A stretch of 64,000 bases of DNA from a virus: the IMG/VR virus record IMGVR_UViG_3300031463_000001, positions 32,001 to 96,000 of that record; one strand, written 5' to 3'. Below are positions 20,690 to 29,916 of the stretch, piece by piece. Numbering within the stretch: position 1 is the first letter of the stretch; the number at the start of each line of letters is the position of its first letter. The notes below the pieces were generated by a model that was not told where the DNA came from, searched no databases, and saw only the letters and a list, made by a program, of their open reading frames with translations. The translations under genes and the position numbers were made by a program.

Positions 20690-22281
20690 GGTTCTAACAC
20701 ATCCAGAAATTTATTTATCAAATCTATTTGAGAAGGAGTAAAAATCCATCTTTTTCCATTTTGTTTTTCAAACCACGATCTTGCAGTATTACCTAATACA
20801 TCTGCAGTAGCTTTCCAATCAGCCACCATTTCCAAAATATATTCATTTGGCATTCTAGAGGCATCTACTTTTTGGGTTGCATTATCTGGATCTTCACCTA
20901 CTATTTCTACTTTATCACACCAATATTCTGGATGATGTTTACTATTTTTAATGTGATGGAATAAAACTTGTTTTTCATTTTCTTTTAAAGGTTCTTTAAT
21001 CTTGTTGAACTTTTTGTAGGTTAAATCAATATAAGGAGTTCTTTCAGGTTCTTTCATTTTCAATTCATCATGTTTTTCTACATTTTTTAATGCGTCTGAA
21101 TATTGAGGAAACGCTTTAACTAATTTTTTAACATTATTTTTTACTCTATTAACATGGTTAGCTATATGGGCTTGATATTCTTTTTCTTTATCATTCCAAA
21201 AAGGATCTTTTAATAAAGCTTTAATTTCTATTTTATTATTTTTAACTAAATTCAAAAGGTTAGCTTCTTTTGATATTTCATTCCAATTAGGTATTTGTTC
21301 TAATCTTAAATCAGTAGGATCAATTCTTTTATCTGGTCTAATCCTAACAAAAGTAGGTATCCTTAAAGCTATTCCTGTATCTTCTCCTAAATATTCTAAT
21401 GTTTTTTCATCATAAACAGGTACATCTTTTACAAAATAACTTATTGCTTCAACCTCTATTACATATTTAGGTTTAACAAATATTCTATCTTTTTCTTGAT
21501 ATAATTTATCTTGTTGAGATATTTTTAACCATTCTTCTTTTTCTTTTTGATCTAACCCACCCACATTTCCTGCATATCTAAACTTATTTTCTTTATCCAT
21601 AAACGCTAAACCCAAAGAACCTACCATTTCTGGATGCTCCTTACTTTTCTCTATAAATATTACACCTAAATCAAATGTTAAAGTTGGTTTACATTTATAA
21701 ATATTCTTATCTGTATAAATAACAGCTCCTTCGTATTTTTTAGTTATAACTAAATTCCAATCATTAGTGTAATCTTTCATTTCAATAATGGGATGAACTA
21801 ATTTTCCACTTTCAAAAATTTTTCTAACTTTTATTATTCCATCTTCAACTTTTTCATCATCTAAATGTAATACATCTAAAACATAAAATCTAATTTTGGT
21901 TTCATCATTTGGAGAAGGTTTATTAACAAGGTGGAGTGTTTTATTAAAAGGAAGCATATATCCTTGATTGTCAGAAGCATATAATTCACCTACAATTAAA
22001 GCAAATGTTATGGGGTGGGATTCTAAAATTTGACGGATCTCTTTAAGTACAGGTAAATCTTTTCTAATTATTCCATTTTGGGTAATGAAATAGGGATCGT
22101 CTCCATATTTATAAACCAAAAGATTTAAAATTCCGTCTATCTTAAAAGTTATATATTTAACATTTTCTTTTTTTATTATCTTATCAATATCCTCGAAATT
22201 AATGGTTTTCATACTTTTCTCTTCTTTCCATTTTTGTAATATTGGTAAAAATTTATTTTGTTTGTCTATTTTTTTAATCAT
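20686..22281 (-). CDS. ATP-dependent DNA ligase fused to C-terminal HD-like (DUF5662-like) domain
   Basis: Ligase motifs FKIDG (KxDG), VGELY, FYVLD, EGAVI, YKCKP, LRIPTFVRIRPDK; C-terminal H...KHD...HH....HHPEYW...EMVADW. Confidence 0.85.
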   Translation of the reverse strand: MIKKIDKQNKFLPILQKWKEEKSMKTINFEDIDKIIKKENVKYITFKIDGILNLLVYKYGDDPYFITQNGIIRKDLPVLKEIRQILESHPITFALIVGELYASDNQGYMLPFNKTLHLVNKPSPNDETKIRFYVLDVLHLDDEKVEDGIIKVRKIFESGKLVHPIIEMKDYTNDWNLVITKKYEGAVIYTDKNIYKCKPTLTFDLGVIFIEKSKEHPEMVGSLGLAFMDKENKFRYAGNVGGLDQKEKEEWLKISQQDKLYQEKDRIFVKPKYVIEVEAISYFVKDVPVYDEKTLEYLGEDTGIALRIPTFVRIRPDKRIDPTDLRLEQIPNWNEISKEANLLNLVKNNKIEIKALLKDPFWNDKEKEYQAHIANHVNRVKNNVKKLVKAFPQYSDALKNVEKHDELKMKEPERTPYIDLTYKKFNKIKEPLKENEKQVLFHHIKNSKHHPEYWCDKVEIVGEDPDNATQKVDASRMPNEYILEMVADWKATADVLGNTARSWFEKQNGKRWIFTPSQIDLINKFLDVLEP

Positions 22282-22844
22282 TTTCCTTTATTTTTGATTA
22301 TGTCCTTTAATGTTTCTTTTAACATTTCTTCATAATCAGATTTAATTTTTTTAATTTCTTTTTCTATTTCTTTAATAGCATCCTCATTTTCTTTTTCAGT
22401 TTCTTCCAAAATTTTCAAGGATTCCTCTAAACTTTTCCCATATTCAACTATAGCTGAAATATTTTCTTCTATATTTTTTTCTTTAAACAAAATGTTTAAC
22501 TCAAACAAATCATCATGCATACTTTCTAAAATACTTCGTAAACTTTGTTTTGGAATTAACTTAAAAGAGGAAACACTCCACTGATCTTTTAAATCAAAAT
22601 TTTTCTCTATGATTTTAGTAGCATTCTTATAAAAATTAGTCATTAAATATTCATATTGATCATAAAGAGGTTTCAAATCTTCGTCTGAAAGAAAATCAGG
22701 AATTTTTATTTTAGGTTCTTCTATATCAAGTTCATAATTATCTATTTCTTCTAATTCATAAAGTTGAGTAACTTTTTTTGCATTATTATAAACTTTAATG
22801 ACATCCACTAATTGAGGATATTTTAATAAATCTGAAATGTCCAT
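22278..22844 (-). CDS. Acidic coiled-coil protein with MDISDLLKYP tag
   Basis: Paralog of the 19539 ORF. Confidence 0.8.
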   Translation of the reverse strand: MDISDLLKYPQLVDVIKVYNNAKKVTQLYELEEIDNYELDIEEPKIKIPDFLSDEDLKPLYDQYEYLMTNFYKNATKIIEKNFDLKDQWSVSSFKLIPKQSLRSILESMHDDLFELNILFKEKNIEENISAIVEYGKSLEESLKILEETEKENEDAIKEIEKEIKKIKSDYEEMLKETLKDIIKNKGK

Positions 22845-22854
22845 CTTTGTAAGG

Positions 22855-22890
22855 GATCTAGGGAGAATATTTTTTGTGTCTCCCTAGATC
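22855..22890. terminator. Strong hairpin, terminator/processing candidate
   Basis: GATCTAGGGAGA ... TCTCCCTAGATC 12-bp perfect stem between genes. Confidence 0.5.
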
Positions 22891-22900
22891 TATTTTTGGG

Positions 22901-23236
22901 TTAATCTTTTCTTACCCATTTACCATCTTCGGTTTTCTTGTATTGTTCTTTTACAGCACTCCATGCAGCTCGAGCAGCATATTCATCACTTTTTCCATAT
23001 TCTTTACTAGAGTTAAAAACTCCCATCCAAATATCTTGGGCATGCACAGGAAGTTCATCAATCATCTTTCTAATTTTTTCTCTACTTGATTTAGGTCTTT
23101 CTCTAAGTTCCTCTGCAACCTCTTCTTTAGTACTTTCAGTAGCAGCCTTAATAACTCTAGCAAGTTGAGTTTCATCTAACGAAGCCAACCATTCGTTTAA
23201 TTTGGTTGGATTATTTAGCAACGATTTGATATCCAT
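22901..23236 (-). CDS. chaB: ChaB-family protein with N-terminal MDIKSLLNNP tag
   Basis: LPVHAQDIWMGVFNS...DEYAARAAWSAVKEQYKK..GKWV matches ChaB signature. Confidence 0.85.
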   Translation of the reverse strand: MDIKSLLNNPTKLNEWLASLDETQLARVIKAATESTKEEVAEELRERPKSSREKIRKMIDELPVHAQDIWMGVFNSSKEYGKSDEYAARAAWSAVKEQYKKTEDGKWVRKD

Positions 23237-23246
23237 TTTACCTCCA

Positions 23247-23651
23247 TTAATCTTTTATCTTTTTCAATAAAGCTTCAATCACTTTTTTAATTTCGTAAGC
23301 GGGATAACTCTTTAAAAACCATTCCAACTTTTCTCTTTTAGCTAAAAATTCAATATATTCAGTTATAATATCTTCATCTCCACTTTCTAATATAGCTTTT
23401 TCTCCTTTAATAAATCTATTTCTTAGTGTCCATTGAGCATATTCTAATGACATTTTAGCATCGGTGGCAATAATATCTTCTACTTCAGGAACAGGGTATT
23501 TACTTCTATAATAAACGTATTCAGAAATTATATCCTTATTTCGGGTATATTTTAGTAGTTCAGAGGCGGTATATTCATCATCTTCATCAAGAGCCCTCTT
23601 AATTCTACCTTCTAATCCACCTGGTTCTTTTAATAAATCAGAAACATCCAT
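23247..23651 (-). CDS. Divergent 26-aa repeat family protein
   Basis: MDVSDLLKEP start (ATG 23651), EDIIATD..YA..LRNRFIKGE, KLEWFLKSYP. Confidence 0.8.
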   Translation of the reverse strand: MDVSDLLKEPGGLEGRIKRALDEDDEYTASELLKYTRNKDIISEYVYYRSKYPVPEVEDIIATDAKMSLEYAQWTLRNRFIKGEKAILESGDEDIITEYIEFLAKREKLEWFLKSYPAYEIKKVIEALLKKIKD

Positions 23652-23689
23652 ATAAGTATCCCTATAAATAAATCGATTTTGATAATCAA

Positions 23690-24055
23690 TTATTTTATCC
23701 AATTTAATTGAACCAAATCAATTTTCTTTAAAAAATACTTTTTTGTATCCTCTCCATAAACAATCACTATTATATACATTTTCTTTTTAGATAATCTTAT
23801 AAAGATTCGTTTCACATTTCCATTTTTCATTATTCTAATAGGGTAAGATACAAATTCAAAAAAGAAATTAAACAATATTTTTATTGCATCATTATGATCA
23901 ACTTCTCGTCTTAAATTATGTTTATTCAATATTGAAAACAAAATATTTAATCTTTTTAAAGCAAACAAATGATGTTTATAGAAGAAATATTTTACAATCC
24001 TACTAATCAATTCGTGACTATTTGGTCGAATTATCCGAAAGTTTTTCGGATTCAT
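23690..24055 (-). CDS. Hypothetical basic protein
   Basis: ORF with GGAG RBS, in gene-dense run. Confidence 0.5.
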   Translation of the reverse strand: MNPKNFRIIRPNSHELISRIVKYFFYKHHLFALKRLNILFSILNKHNLRREVDHNDAIKILFNFFFEFVSYPIRIMKNGNVKRIFIRLSKKKMYIIVIVYGEDTKKYFLKKIDLVQLNWIK

Positions 24056-24260
24056 TATTATTCTCCTTTTCTTTTTCTACAAGATTAACTTCGCTCTCTT
24101 TCATTTTATTAAGATAAAAATATTTCCATGCGATTCCATTTGCTACACATTTTCCACAATACCATCTTTTTACATTCAAGGGAGCTTCTTTTTCGGAATC
24201 ACAACCAGGAACGCAACATTTGATTGTCTTATATTCTCTTTCGATTTTATTATGTTTCAT
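24018..24260 (-). CDS. Small zinc-finger protein
   Basis: CCVPGC...YCGKC; GGAGGT RBS. Confidence 0.6.
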   Translation of the reverse strand: MKHNKIEREYKTIKCCVPGCDSEKEAPLNVKRWYCGKCVANGIAWKYFYLNKMKESEVNLVEKEKENNNESEKLSDNSTK

Positions 24261-24275
24261 CGTCTACCTCCTTTT

Positions 24276-24884
24276 TTAATCCTTTTTAGTTGAATTAAAT
24301 TCGATATCAAAAAGTAATTTTTCAGTAGTAGATAATTCGGGTAAATTCCAACCTAATAAAATCATTCCATCATTTTTAACCTCAGCCAATTTAGTCTCCT
24401 CTATTTTTCGTTTATCAAAAGGTAAAGTTATGATATGAACTCCCTTTGGAGTATAATATTCTCCTAAAACCTTTATATTTTCATTTTGGATTATTTCCTT
24501 AACTTTAAACACATTTTTATACTCATCTATATCTATTAAATATTTTTTATCGTCTTTATCTCTAGATTCAGGTTTCATTAAGGCAGAAATAAAATTACCT
24601 TCTATCTTAAAATAAAAGATATCTCTTTGAGTATTAATATGTCTTAACCTTTCTGCCTCTAATTGAGCCATTTTGAAGTGATGAATTGCTTTAGTCATAT
24701 TTCTTTTTATTAATGTTGAATATATCCTATATCCAGGTTTTAGATTAGCCATTTCATATCTAACCACATTAATGAATTGTTCCCTATGTCTAGAAATAAT
24801 ATGTCGTTTATTTTTATCTCTATCAGTTATCATTATTACTCTTACACCATCAGAAAACTTATCTACTAAAAATTCGTTAAACAT
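24276..24884 (-). CDS. Hypothetical protein with AEP-like motifs
   Basis: YLIDID (DxD) and TPKGVHII (T-x-x-G-x-H) pattern. Confidence 0.45.
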   Translation of the reverse strand: MFNEFLVDKFSDGVRVIMITDRDKNKRHIISRHREQFINVVRYEMANLKPGYRIYSTLIKRNMTKAIHHFKMAQLEAERLRHINTQRDIFYFKIEGNFISALMKPESRDKDDKKYLIDIDEYKNVFKVKEIIQNENIKVLGEYYTPKGVHIITLPFDKRKIEETKLAEVKNDGMILLGWNLPELSTTEKLLFDIEFNSTKKD

Positions 24885-24895
24885 TTCCCCTCCCT

Positions 24896-25555
24896 TTAAA
24901 ATTTTCTATAAAAATTTCTAAAAGGTATAACCTTAAAATATTTTGGATCTAATTCTCCTCTAATTACTCGTTCATTTATTTCTTCCTGAGTTTTATCTAA
25001 AATATAATCAATATAATTAAAATTTTTAGAGAATAAAATTTTAGGTGGAATTGGATCTGATTTCTTCTTAAGTGGGTTATTTATTTGGTTTTTATGTTTA
25101 AATGTAGGATTATGAAAAGATTTATCTACTATATTAAATTCATTGTTTGGAGGTTGATTTATTTCTTTCGATTCTTGATTAAAAGGTTCATTGGTTGTAG
25201 GTTGATTTATTTCTTCAAATTCTTGATTAAAAAGTCCATTATTGTTTGGAGGTTGATTTATTTCATCAGATTCTTGTTCTTGATTAAAAGAGGTTTCATT
25301 TCCACCTGCAATTATAGCTCCTCCTGTATCAAAAGGTATAGAAGTACGAGGATTATTATCCAAATATCTAATACCTAACCAACTCTCACAGGCACCTCCT
25401 AAATTAGTTTTATCAGATTTTGTCATACCATCTTTAAATAAAACCCAAGTATTACTTTGAACTTCACCTTCATGTTCTTTAATTTTTTTCCAATTACTTT
25501 GTAATACTCTTACATTATAATCATTTCCAAATCTGAGTGCAATTATTTCTATCAT
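24896..25555 (-). CDS. Hypothetical protein with internal NQExxEINQP repeats
   Basis: Three tandem ~15-17 aa repeats at ~25137-25290. Confidence 0.6.
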   Translation of the reverse strand: MIEIIALRFGNDYNVRVLQSNWKKIKEHEGEVQSNTWVLFKDGMTKSDKTNLGGACESWLGIRYLDNNPRTSIPFDTGGAIIAGGNETSFNQEQESDEINQPPNNNGLFNQEFEEINQPTTNEPFNQESKEINQPPNNEFNIVDKSFHNPTFKHKNQINNPLKKKSDPIPPKILFSKNFNYIDYILDKTQEEINERVIRGELDPKYFKVIPFRNFYRKF

Positions 25556-25920
25556 ATATATCCTTTATACGTTTTACCTTCCCTTGTTTCGGGATGTATT
25601 AAAGTTACCAAAAGTTGTATCAGTTCTACTACATCATCTGCATCTAACATGTTTGTTTCCTCTCCTTCATTCCCATCTTTTATATACCATCCTTTAGAGT
25701 GATCGGGCATCATTGTTAACGTAGTATTTCCTATTCGTATTGTAAATGCTAATCCTATACTATACTCAATTTCATTTCCATTTTCATCTTTTTCAGTAAT
25801 TAGGGGATCCCAAACATCTCCTCCACCATCTCTTACTACTTCAGCCATTAAATTTGAAGGACTATGATGAAAATTGAATCTATTATATTCATTATCTCTT
25901 AAACCTACACTCCAACTCAT
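25552..25920 (-). CDS. Hypothetical protein
   Basis: ATGA-coupled to ruvB. Confidence 0.6.
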   Translation of the reverse strand: MSWSVGLRDNEYNRFNFHHSPSNLMAEVVRDGGGDVWDPLITEKDENGNEIEYSIGLAFTIRIGNTTLTMMPDHSKGWYIKDGNEGEETNMLDADDVVELIQLLVTLIHPETREGKTYKGYI

Positions 25921-26780
25921 ATTTTCTCCCCTTCATAATTATTTCTTAAACTTCGTCCTTTTGAAGTTATAGTGATTAATTTTTTTCTTAACAATAAAGG
26001 TTCTATCATTTCTTCAACGTTTTCTTCCGTAGTTTTAAGTAAAGAAGCAATATTTTTTACTGCTATTTCTCCATATTCTTTTAATATTTCCAAATATTTT
26101 CTTTGTCTATAATCTAATCCATTTTCATCTAAATCCATTAAAGATAAAGTTTTTTTCCATAATTCTTCGTCATTTAATTCTGGATGATTTACTTTTAAAA
26201 CTTTAACTTGATCTAATAAAGATATAGCATTTCTTACATTGGTTACACATTCAGTTATTCTATTAAAAACAAGATCTCCAATATTTAAATCACTAGCATT
26301 CTCTTTTAATATAGAAATAAGTTCTTCTTTATTATAATCCTGAAAAAATTCGACAATTTTAAATCTGCTTAAGAATGCTTTATCTAATAAAGATTCTTTA
26401 GTAGTTGCACCAATGAAAATAATAGTAGGATTATCCCAAATATCAAATATTCCTTCTACTCCTTTTAGTTTATGTATTTCATCTATAAAAACAACATATC
26501 TAAAAAAATTACCAATTAATTCATCATCTACTTTTAAAATTTCACGAATTTTTGATACATCCCATGAAGAATCTATTATTACTGGTAAGGCGTGCCAATA
26601 GTTCATTATTTCTTGCATTAATATTTCCGCAAATGTTGTTTTTCCTTGACCGGGTGATCCTATAAGTAAAGTGTTCGGAAACTTTTCTTTTTTATTTTTA
26701 TAATAAATAAGATACTCTAAAAATCTTTTTTTTAATCTTTCTTGACCTTTGAAGTACTCGAAATCTAATTTTTGAATCAT
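25917..26780 (-). CDS. ruvB: Holliday junction branch-migration ATPase RuvB-like
   Basis: F..Y.GQE, GSPGQGKTT (Walker A), FIDEIH, GATT, SRF, GLD.....YL, EEMIEPLL....I.IT..GR C-terminal winged helix; start MIQKL at 26780 after GAGG. Confidence 0.85.
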   Translation of the reverse strand: MIQKLDFEYFKGQERLKKRFLEYLIYYKNKKEKFPNTLLIGSPGQGKTTFAEILMQEIMNYWHALPVIIDSSWDVSKIREILKVDDELIGNFFRYVVFIDEIHKLKGVEGIFDIWDNPTIIFIGATTKESLLDKAFLSRFKIVEFFQDYNKEELISILKENASDLNIGDLVFNRITECVTNVRNAISLLDQVKVLKVNHPELNDEELWKKTLSLMDLDENGLDYRQRKYLEILKEYGEIAVKNIASLLKTTEENVEEMIEPLLLRKKLITITSKGRSLRNNYEGEKI

Positions 26781-26828
26781 AGTTTCCTCTACTAAATTAA
26801 CAAAAAAAAGGATTAGTTTTTTACCCAT

Positions 26829-26864
26829 AAAAAAATAGGGAAGAGATTTTTTCTCTTCCCTATT
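26829..26864 (-). terminator. Intrinsic terminator
   Basis: ATAGGGAAGAGA/TCTCTTCCCTAT stem followed by a T-run on the minus strand, downstream of the 26890 gene. Confidence 0.75.
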
Positions 26865-26889
26865 AAAGAAGGAAATATGAACGTTTTAC

Positions 26890-28023
26890 TTATTCTCTTT
26901 CTGTTACCTTGTAATAAGAACTTGGAGGGATGGTTCCTTTTATTTTTTCTTCAGATTCTACATTTTCAATAATTGATTTTATTTCATTAATTACTTCTTC
27001 AGTATTCTTCTTTTCCTGAATAAGTTTAGGAAGTAATTTATCTATTTCTAATTTTATAGTATTTAAAGCTCTTACAACACCACTAGCAACACCACTTAAA
27101 TATTCCCTTTTATCCAAAAATTGTATATAATACTTTTCAGTATCAATTAGAACTTCACTCAATTCTCTCAAATAGGGTCTTAATTTAATAGTAATAGACT
27201 TTTTTACTTTAGAAACTTCTTCTAATCCTTTAATAGGAGTTTCTAAAGTATATTCTTCATTTATTCTATTAATGTTATCAATTAAACTTTTTTCTGTTTC
27301 TTTTATTTCTACTATAGCTCTTACCAATTTTTTATAATCGTCTTCTAATTCTTCATACTTAATTGCTTCTTTTTTTAATGAACTTTTAATTTCAGCAGTA
27401 ACTAAAGCAGTTTCAAGTTCATCTACTTCACCCCATTCTTTATCAAAACTGGCTAAGGTTTCATTAATATTCTTAGATGTATCTAAAAAATTATCTAAAG
27501 AAAGGGTTAATTTATCAATTAGTTTATCTATATCTTTTAAATCTTCACCTGTTATTTCTCTTCTGAACTCTTCTTCACCTATTGCAGAATGGATTATTCT
27601 AGCCAATCTTAAAGCAAATTTATTTTTATCTCCAACTGCTTGTTTAAAAAGTTCTCTAAGATCTTTAGGTTGATTAGCTAGAAAATTAAAATAATGATCT
27701 TTTAACTCTTTAAGTTCAGAATTTTCAGTAGAGGCTTTAACAGTAATTCCCAAAGAATTTATTTTTTCATTTAATTTTTTTGTAAGATGGGCCAATCTAC
27801 TAATTTTTTCTTTATTGTAATTAGTTTTTCTTAATGTATTTATTATGTTATTCTTACCAAATATTAATGCTTCTTGTAATCCTAAGGTTGTGTCTTCGAT
27901 TTCAGGTAAAAGAGTTTTCACAATCTTTTCTTTTCCTAAACTGCATGCAGCTATAAATAATGCATTTTTATTTGTTTTATCTATGTATTTAACATTATCA
28001 GCTAGTAAATGTTTATAATTCAT
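26890..28023 (-). CDS. Helical/coiled-coil protein, paralog of the 28081 ORF
   Basis: First ~155 aa nearly identical to the 28081 ORF; ankyrin-like ALFIAACSLGKEKIVKTLL and LQEALIFG. Confidence 0.75.
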   Translation of the reverse strand: MNYKHLLADNVKYIDKTNKNALFIAACSLGKEKIVKTLLPEIEDTTLGLQEALIFGKNNIINTLRKTNYNKEKISRLAHLTKKLNEKINSLGITVKASTENSELKELKDHYFNFLANQPKDLRELFKQAVGDKNKFALRLARIIHSAIGEEEFRREITGEDLKDIDKLIDKLTLSLDNFLDTSKNINETLASFDKEWGEVDELETALVTAEIKSSLKKEAIKYEELEDDYKKLVRAIVEIKETEKSLIDNINRINEEYTLETPIKGLEEVSKVKKSITIKLRPYLRELSEVLIDTEKYYIQFLDKREYLSGVASGVVRALNTIKLEIDKLLPKLIQEKKNTEEVINEIKSIIENVESEEKIKGTIPPSSYYKVTERE

Positions 28024-28033
28024 ATTTCACCCC

Positions 28034-28069
28034 AAAAAAAAGCTGGGTTATTTTTTACATAACCCAGCT
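28034..28069 (-). terminator. Intrinsic terminator
   Basis: AGCTGGGTTA/TAACCCAGCT stem followed by a T-run on the minus strand. Confidence 0.75.
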
Positions 28070-28080
28070 CCTATTTATTT

Positions 28081-29340
28081 TTAAAATAATTTTTCTTCCT
28101 CTATTTCTTCTGTTTCTTTAGTAGGTGTTACTGGCTTTTTATATTGCTCTCTAGGAATCATTTTTTCTGTATATACTTTAGTTTCCTCTTCTTCAGTTGG
28201 ATAGGCCTTTTCTAGTAAAGAAGAAATACCCTCAATAAGTTTAACCATTTTATTTATAGACTCATCTCCTTTTTGAGTTATTTCTTCCATACCAACCTCA
28301 CTCTTTAATCTATTTATCTCTTTTATTATAAAGTCTATTGAGGCAGGTCTAACTTTTCTAGCGATTGCTTTTTCACCTATCAGCATTATCTTTTCTCCTA
28401 AGTCTATTACTTTAGCATCTAACTCCTTTAACTTAGGATAAATTCTCTCAATTAATTTACTCCTTACTTTTGTGCACAAATCTCTATTTGTAATAGTACC
28501 CATTTCTAAACTGAATTTCTTTTCAACTTCATTTAATTTTTCTAAGAACTCTTTAGATCTACCAATCCACTCTCCATGTATTTCCTCTAAAGTCTGAACA
28601 TATTCTTGTACTTCAGGAGGTAACTCCTCGAATTTTCTTATTGCTTCTTTTGAAATATTTTTTTTGATTTTGGCTGGAGTTAAAGCTAGTTCAAGTTCGT
28701 CTTCAGTCATTTCAGCTTCTTCACCTTCCATCATAGAAAGGACTCCATCCGCACTTTTTAATACTTTATCTAAATAAGTATTTGCTTCATCTAAATATGA
28801 CTCAACCTCATCCAATATTTCAAAAACCTCAGACTCATCTATTTTTTTAGATGTATCCTTTAAAATTTCTCCCTTAAACTCTTCTTCACCTATTGCAGAA
28901 TGGATTATTCTAGCTAATCTTAAAGCAAATTTATTTTTATCTCCAACTGCTTGTTTAAAAAGTTCTCTAATATTTTTGGGAGGGTTTACCAAAAAGTCTA
29001 CATAGTGTTCTTTTAACTCTTTAAGTTCGGCTGTATCCTCTACCTTAGATATGACTTTAATTCCCAAAGAGTTTACTTTTTCATTTAATTTTTTTGTAAA
29101 ATGAGCTAATCTACTAATTTTTTCTTTATTGTAATTAGCTTTTTTTAGTATATCTACTATATTATCTCTACCAAATATTAATGCTTCTTGTAATCCTAAT
29201 GTTGTATCTTCCATTTTAGGTAAAAGAGCTTTCACAATCCTTTCTTTTCCTAAACTACATGCAGCTACAAACAATGCATCTTTGTTTACTCTCTTAACTA
29301 ATTCTGGATTATCTTTTTTTAATTCTGAGTATATGTTCAT
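28081..29340 (-). CDS. Helical/coiled-coil protein, paralog of the 26890 ORF
   Basis: Tandem duplicate N-half; strong AAGGAGG RBS. Confidence 0.75.
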   Translation of the reverse strand: MNIYSELKKDNPELVKRVNKDALFVAACSLGKERIVKALLPKMEDTTLGLQEALIFGRDNIVDILKKANYNKEKISRLAHFTKKLNEKVNSLGIKVISKVEDTAELKELKEHYVDFLVNPPKNIRELFKQAVGDKNKFALRLARIIHSAIGEEEFKGEILKDTSKKIDESEVFEILDEVESYLDEANTYLDKVLKSADGVLSMMEGEEAEMTEDELELALTPAKIKKNISKEAIRKFEELPPEVQEYVQTLEEIHGEWIGRSKEFLEKLNEVEKKFSLEMGTITNRDLCTKVRSKLIERIYPKLKELDAKVIDLGEKIMLIGEKAIARKVRPASIDFIIKEINRLKSEVGMEEITQKGDESINKMVKLIEGISSLLEKAYPTEEEETKVYTEKMIPREQYKKPVTPTKETEEIEEEKLF

Positions 29341-29421
29341 TTATTTCCTCCTTAAGTTTTTGATTTAAAGTACCTTATAAACAATCCATCTATTTTAAAA
29401 ATCAAAAACGACAAACAAAAA

Positions 29422-29667
29422 TTACTTCTTTAAGTTTTCTAGTTCCTTAACATATAAATGACCAAATAAAGGTTCTTGTAAAAGAAAAGATTCTATTTTA
29501 GGAGGTAATCTTTTTCGGAACGTTACAAAATGCCTATAAAGAAGTCGAGGTTCTTTTATGTTGGGTAATAATGCTGAAGCAATTTTTTTATTTTTTTCAA
29601 TTAAAGCTTTCTCGAATACTTTAATTATGTTGTTATTATCTTTTAAGAGATCTGAAATACGCATCAC
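29422..29667 (-). CDS. Short/truncated repeat-family protein (N-cap only)
   Basis: MRISDLLKDN...KNKKIASALLPNIKEPRLLY. Confidence 0.65.
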   Translation of the reverse strand: MMRISDLLKDNNNIIKVFEKALIEKNKKIASALLPNIKEPRLLYRHFVTFRKRLPPKIESFLLQEPLFGHLYVKELENLKK

Positions 29668-29688
29668 AAAAAAATCAAAAAAGACAAA

Positions 29689-29916
29689 TCAAATGAAATC
29701 GTAAGGAGGTAAAAAACCTAATTCTTTAACTAGTTTTTCCTGAAGAGGTCGACTAATTTTATTTGTTTTAAAAAAGTATTTTAACCATGCTATTTCCCAA
29801 TAATTAGGATTATTATATTCTAGATTTCCATGCTTTCTTAAAGTTTGATTTTTTAAAAACCACTTTAAATCTTTCTTGATTTTATCAAAATAATTTAAAT
29901 TATTGTTCATCGACAA
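29689..29916 (-). CDS. Hypothetical protein
   Basis: 75-aa ORF in coupled run. Confidence 0.45.
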   Translation of the reverse strand: MSMNNNLNYFDKIKKDLKWFLKNQTLRKHGNLEYNNPNYWEIAWLKYFFKTNKISRPLQEKLVKELGFLPPYDFI

